Below, piece after piece: positions 24,627 through 26,253 of a stretch of 26,253 nucleotides of DNA. Position numbers and translations under genes: made by a program. Position 1 is the first letter of the stretch. The number at the start of each line of letters is the position of its first letter. This DNA is from a virus: the IMG/VR virus record IMGVR_UViG_3300031472_000015, positions 80,574 through 106,826 of that record; one strand, written 5' to 3'. Under the pieces are notes generated by a model. The model was not told the DNA's origin. It was given only the letters and a program-made list of their open reading frames with translations, and did not search any database.

Positions 24627-26189
24627 ATGTGGCCGTTCGGGCGCACGCCCGCGCAGCCGCCACCTCGCGTTGAGCCTGTCCTACCTGCGCCGCGCCGCTC
24701 CATACGGGTCACCGACGCTGCCCTCATGCATGCGCCCAGCGCCAGGCTGGAGCGGGCCGCACCAGTTTTCGCGTTCACGCTTCCCACCGCGCTGCCTGGC
24801 GTCAAACCCGCCAACGCCGATGTCATCGCGATGGATCGCGCGATAGGCGATCTGTATGACGCTGCAAACGCGGGCACGCTGGAAAACGGTCTAGCGTTCC
24901 TGGGTTATCCCTTCCTCTCCGAGTTGGCGCAGCGAGCGGAATACAGGGTCGCCAGCGAAATATATGCCAAGGAGCAGACCCGCCGTTGGGTGCGTCTTCA
25001 TGCCAGCGGCGACAAGGCCAAGAACGACAAGCTAACGCAGCTCCGCAGCACGATGGATCGGCTGAACGTTCAGGACGTGTTCCGTGAGGCGGTCGAGCAC
25101 GACGGGCTGTTCGGACGCGGGCAAATCCTGCTGGACACCGGGCGCAGTGACGATCCCGCCGAGATGGCGACGCCTCTCACACTGACGCCAGCCAAGATCA
25201 AGCGCGGCGGCTTCAAGGGTCTCAAGGCAGTGGAGCCGCTGTGGACCTACCCTGGCGGTTATAGTAGCACGCAGCCGTGGCGCAGCGATTTCTACAACCC
25301 GCAGACTTGGTTCATGCAGGGCCAGCCAGTCCATACGACGCGCTTGCTGGGCTTCGTAAGCCGCCAAGTGCCCGACCTCTTGAAGCCCGCCTATATGTTC
25401 GGCGGCCTTTCCTTGTCGCAGATGGCAAAGCCTTACGTTGATAACTGGCTGGTCACGCGGCAGAACGTGTCGGACTTGATCGGCTCCTTCAACACTTGGG
25501 TGCTGAAAACTAATATGTCCGCCGGTATGGACGCGGCGGCCAGCCCCAACGGCATTGACACGGGCACGATGATCGGCTTGGTCAACCGCGCTGAGATGTT
25601 CACCAAGTTCGCCAACAACCGCGGCGTCTTCATGCTGGATAAGGACCAAGAAGACTTTGCCAGCGTATCCGCTCCGTTAGGCGGCCTGGATCACCTCCAG
25701 GCGCAAGCGCAGGAGCACATGGCGGCGATCTACCGCATCCCACTGACGATTTTCCTCGGTATTTCGCCAAGCGGCTTGAATGCATCTAGCGAGGGCGAGA
25801 TAAGAGTCTTTTACGATAATATGGAAGCGCAGCGCGAGCACACGCACCGCCGGCCGTTCCGAACCGTGCTGAACCTGTTGCAGTTGTCAGAGTTCGGGGA
25901 GATTGACCCCGCCATTGGGTTTGACTTTGAGCCGCTGTGGCAGGTGTCTGAGATTGAGCGCTCTACTCTCCGCAAGACGAACGCAGACACTGCGGCGGTT
26001 TATATTGAGGCTGGCGTGTTGACTAACGAGGAGGAGCGGGAACGCTTGGCGCGTGAGGACGGCGGAATCTATGACGGCCTGGACCTGTCCATCGTGCCGG
26101 AGATGCCTGGCATGGAGGATGGCGAGGCCAACGATCCGCTGACCGGGCAGAAGGACACCGAACTGAAGGACGCTATGGCAGGGGCATGA
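24627..26189 (+). CDS. Phage portal protein (DUF1073/HI1409-like)
   Basis: FLGYPFLSELAQRAEYR, DFYNPQTW, VHTTRLL, PDLLKPAYMFGGLSLSQ, PYVDNWL.TR..VSDL, NNRG, IPL...LGISPSGLNASSEGEIRVFYD, FEPLWQ; starts 1 nt after the terL stop. Confidence 0.88.
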   Translation: MWPFGRTPAQPPPRVEPVLPAPRRSIRVTDAALMHAPSARLERAAPVFAFTLPTALPGVKPANADVIAMDRAIGDLYDAANAGTLENGLAFLGYPFLSELAQRAEYRVASEIYAKEQTRRWVRLHASGDKAKNDKLTQLRSTMDRLNVQDVFREAVEHDGLFGRGQILLDTGRSDDPAEMATPLTLTPAKIKRGGFKGLKAVEPLWTYPGGYSSTQPWRSDFYNPQTWFMQGQPVHTTRLLGFVSRQVPDLLKPAYMFGGLSLSQMAKPYVDNWLVTRQNVSDLIGSFNTWVLKTNMSAGMDAAASPNGIDTGTMIGLVNRAEMFTKFANNRGVFMLDKDQEDFASVSAPLGGLDHLQAQAQEHMAAIYRIPLTIFLGISPSGLNASSEGEIRVFYDNMEAQREHTHRRPFRTVLNLLQLSEFGEIDPAIGFDFEPLWQVSEIERSTLRKTNADTAAVYIEAGVLTNEEERERLAREDGGIYDGLDLSIVPEMPGMEDGEANDPLTGQKDTELKDAMAGA

Positions 26190-26253
26190 TGCTGGCCTGA
26201 ACTGCTTTATATCCCCGACCCATGCCGCCTAGTTTTCTGGCATGTAATTCTTG

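Noticed and set aside
24627-26189. Anti-CBASS Acb1 label sometimes attached to DUF1073 proteins
   Set aside because: No C-terminal 2H phosphoesterase domain with paired HxT/S motifs is apparent. Size and position after terL fit a plain portal.
26186-26253. Start of a head-morphogenesis gene after the portal
   Set aside because: The overlapping ATG closes after four codons, and the ATG at 26222 gives only 10 uninformative codons before the window ends, so it cannot be called either way.
1-26253. CRISPR array, tRNA/rRNA, integrase, IS or att sites
   Set aside because: No regularly spaced repeats, structural RNA signatures, or recombinase/transposase motifs were seen by eye. Short att sites could have been missed.

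Overview
A GC-rich window that looks alphaproteobacterial (Acetobacteraceae-like, inferred from composition and protein style). It holds an apparently complete conjugation locus placed head-to-head with a phage DNA-packaging module. From the left: two leading-region genes (a P-loop NTPase cut by the window edge and a small StbA/MobC-slot protein); a MOBF-type oriT with a hairpin, a nic-like sequence and phased repeats; a small accessory gene; and a 1430-aa MOBF relaxase-helicase fused to a TraC-like TOPRIM primase. An AT-richer scar with a truncated AAA+ ATPase follows. On the minus strand is a tightly coupled virB1-virB11/virD4 operon with four small trailing genes. Its VirB5 is fused to a lytic-transglycosylase domain, and a secreted SH3-like protein occupies the usual eex slot. 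Its TraG/VirD4 coupling protein is interrupted in Walker A by a 359-aa class 3 (Ala1, W-C-T triplet) intein with a LAGLIDADG endonuclease. An XRE regulator precedes virB1. Divergent from it are terS, a free-standing GIY-YIG endonuclease, terL and a DUF1073-type portal, with no integrase, IS or att site visible at the junction. The most notable signals are the transfer-plus-packaging architecture, the VirB5-muramidase with its possible immunity partner, the intein-gated coupling protein, the relaxase-helicase-primase fusion, and a 74-aa ORF that is a stand-alone copy of the relaxase C-terminal tail. All family calls come from motif recognition by eye; no database searches were run.
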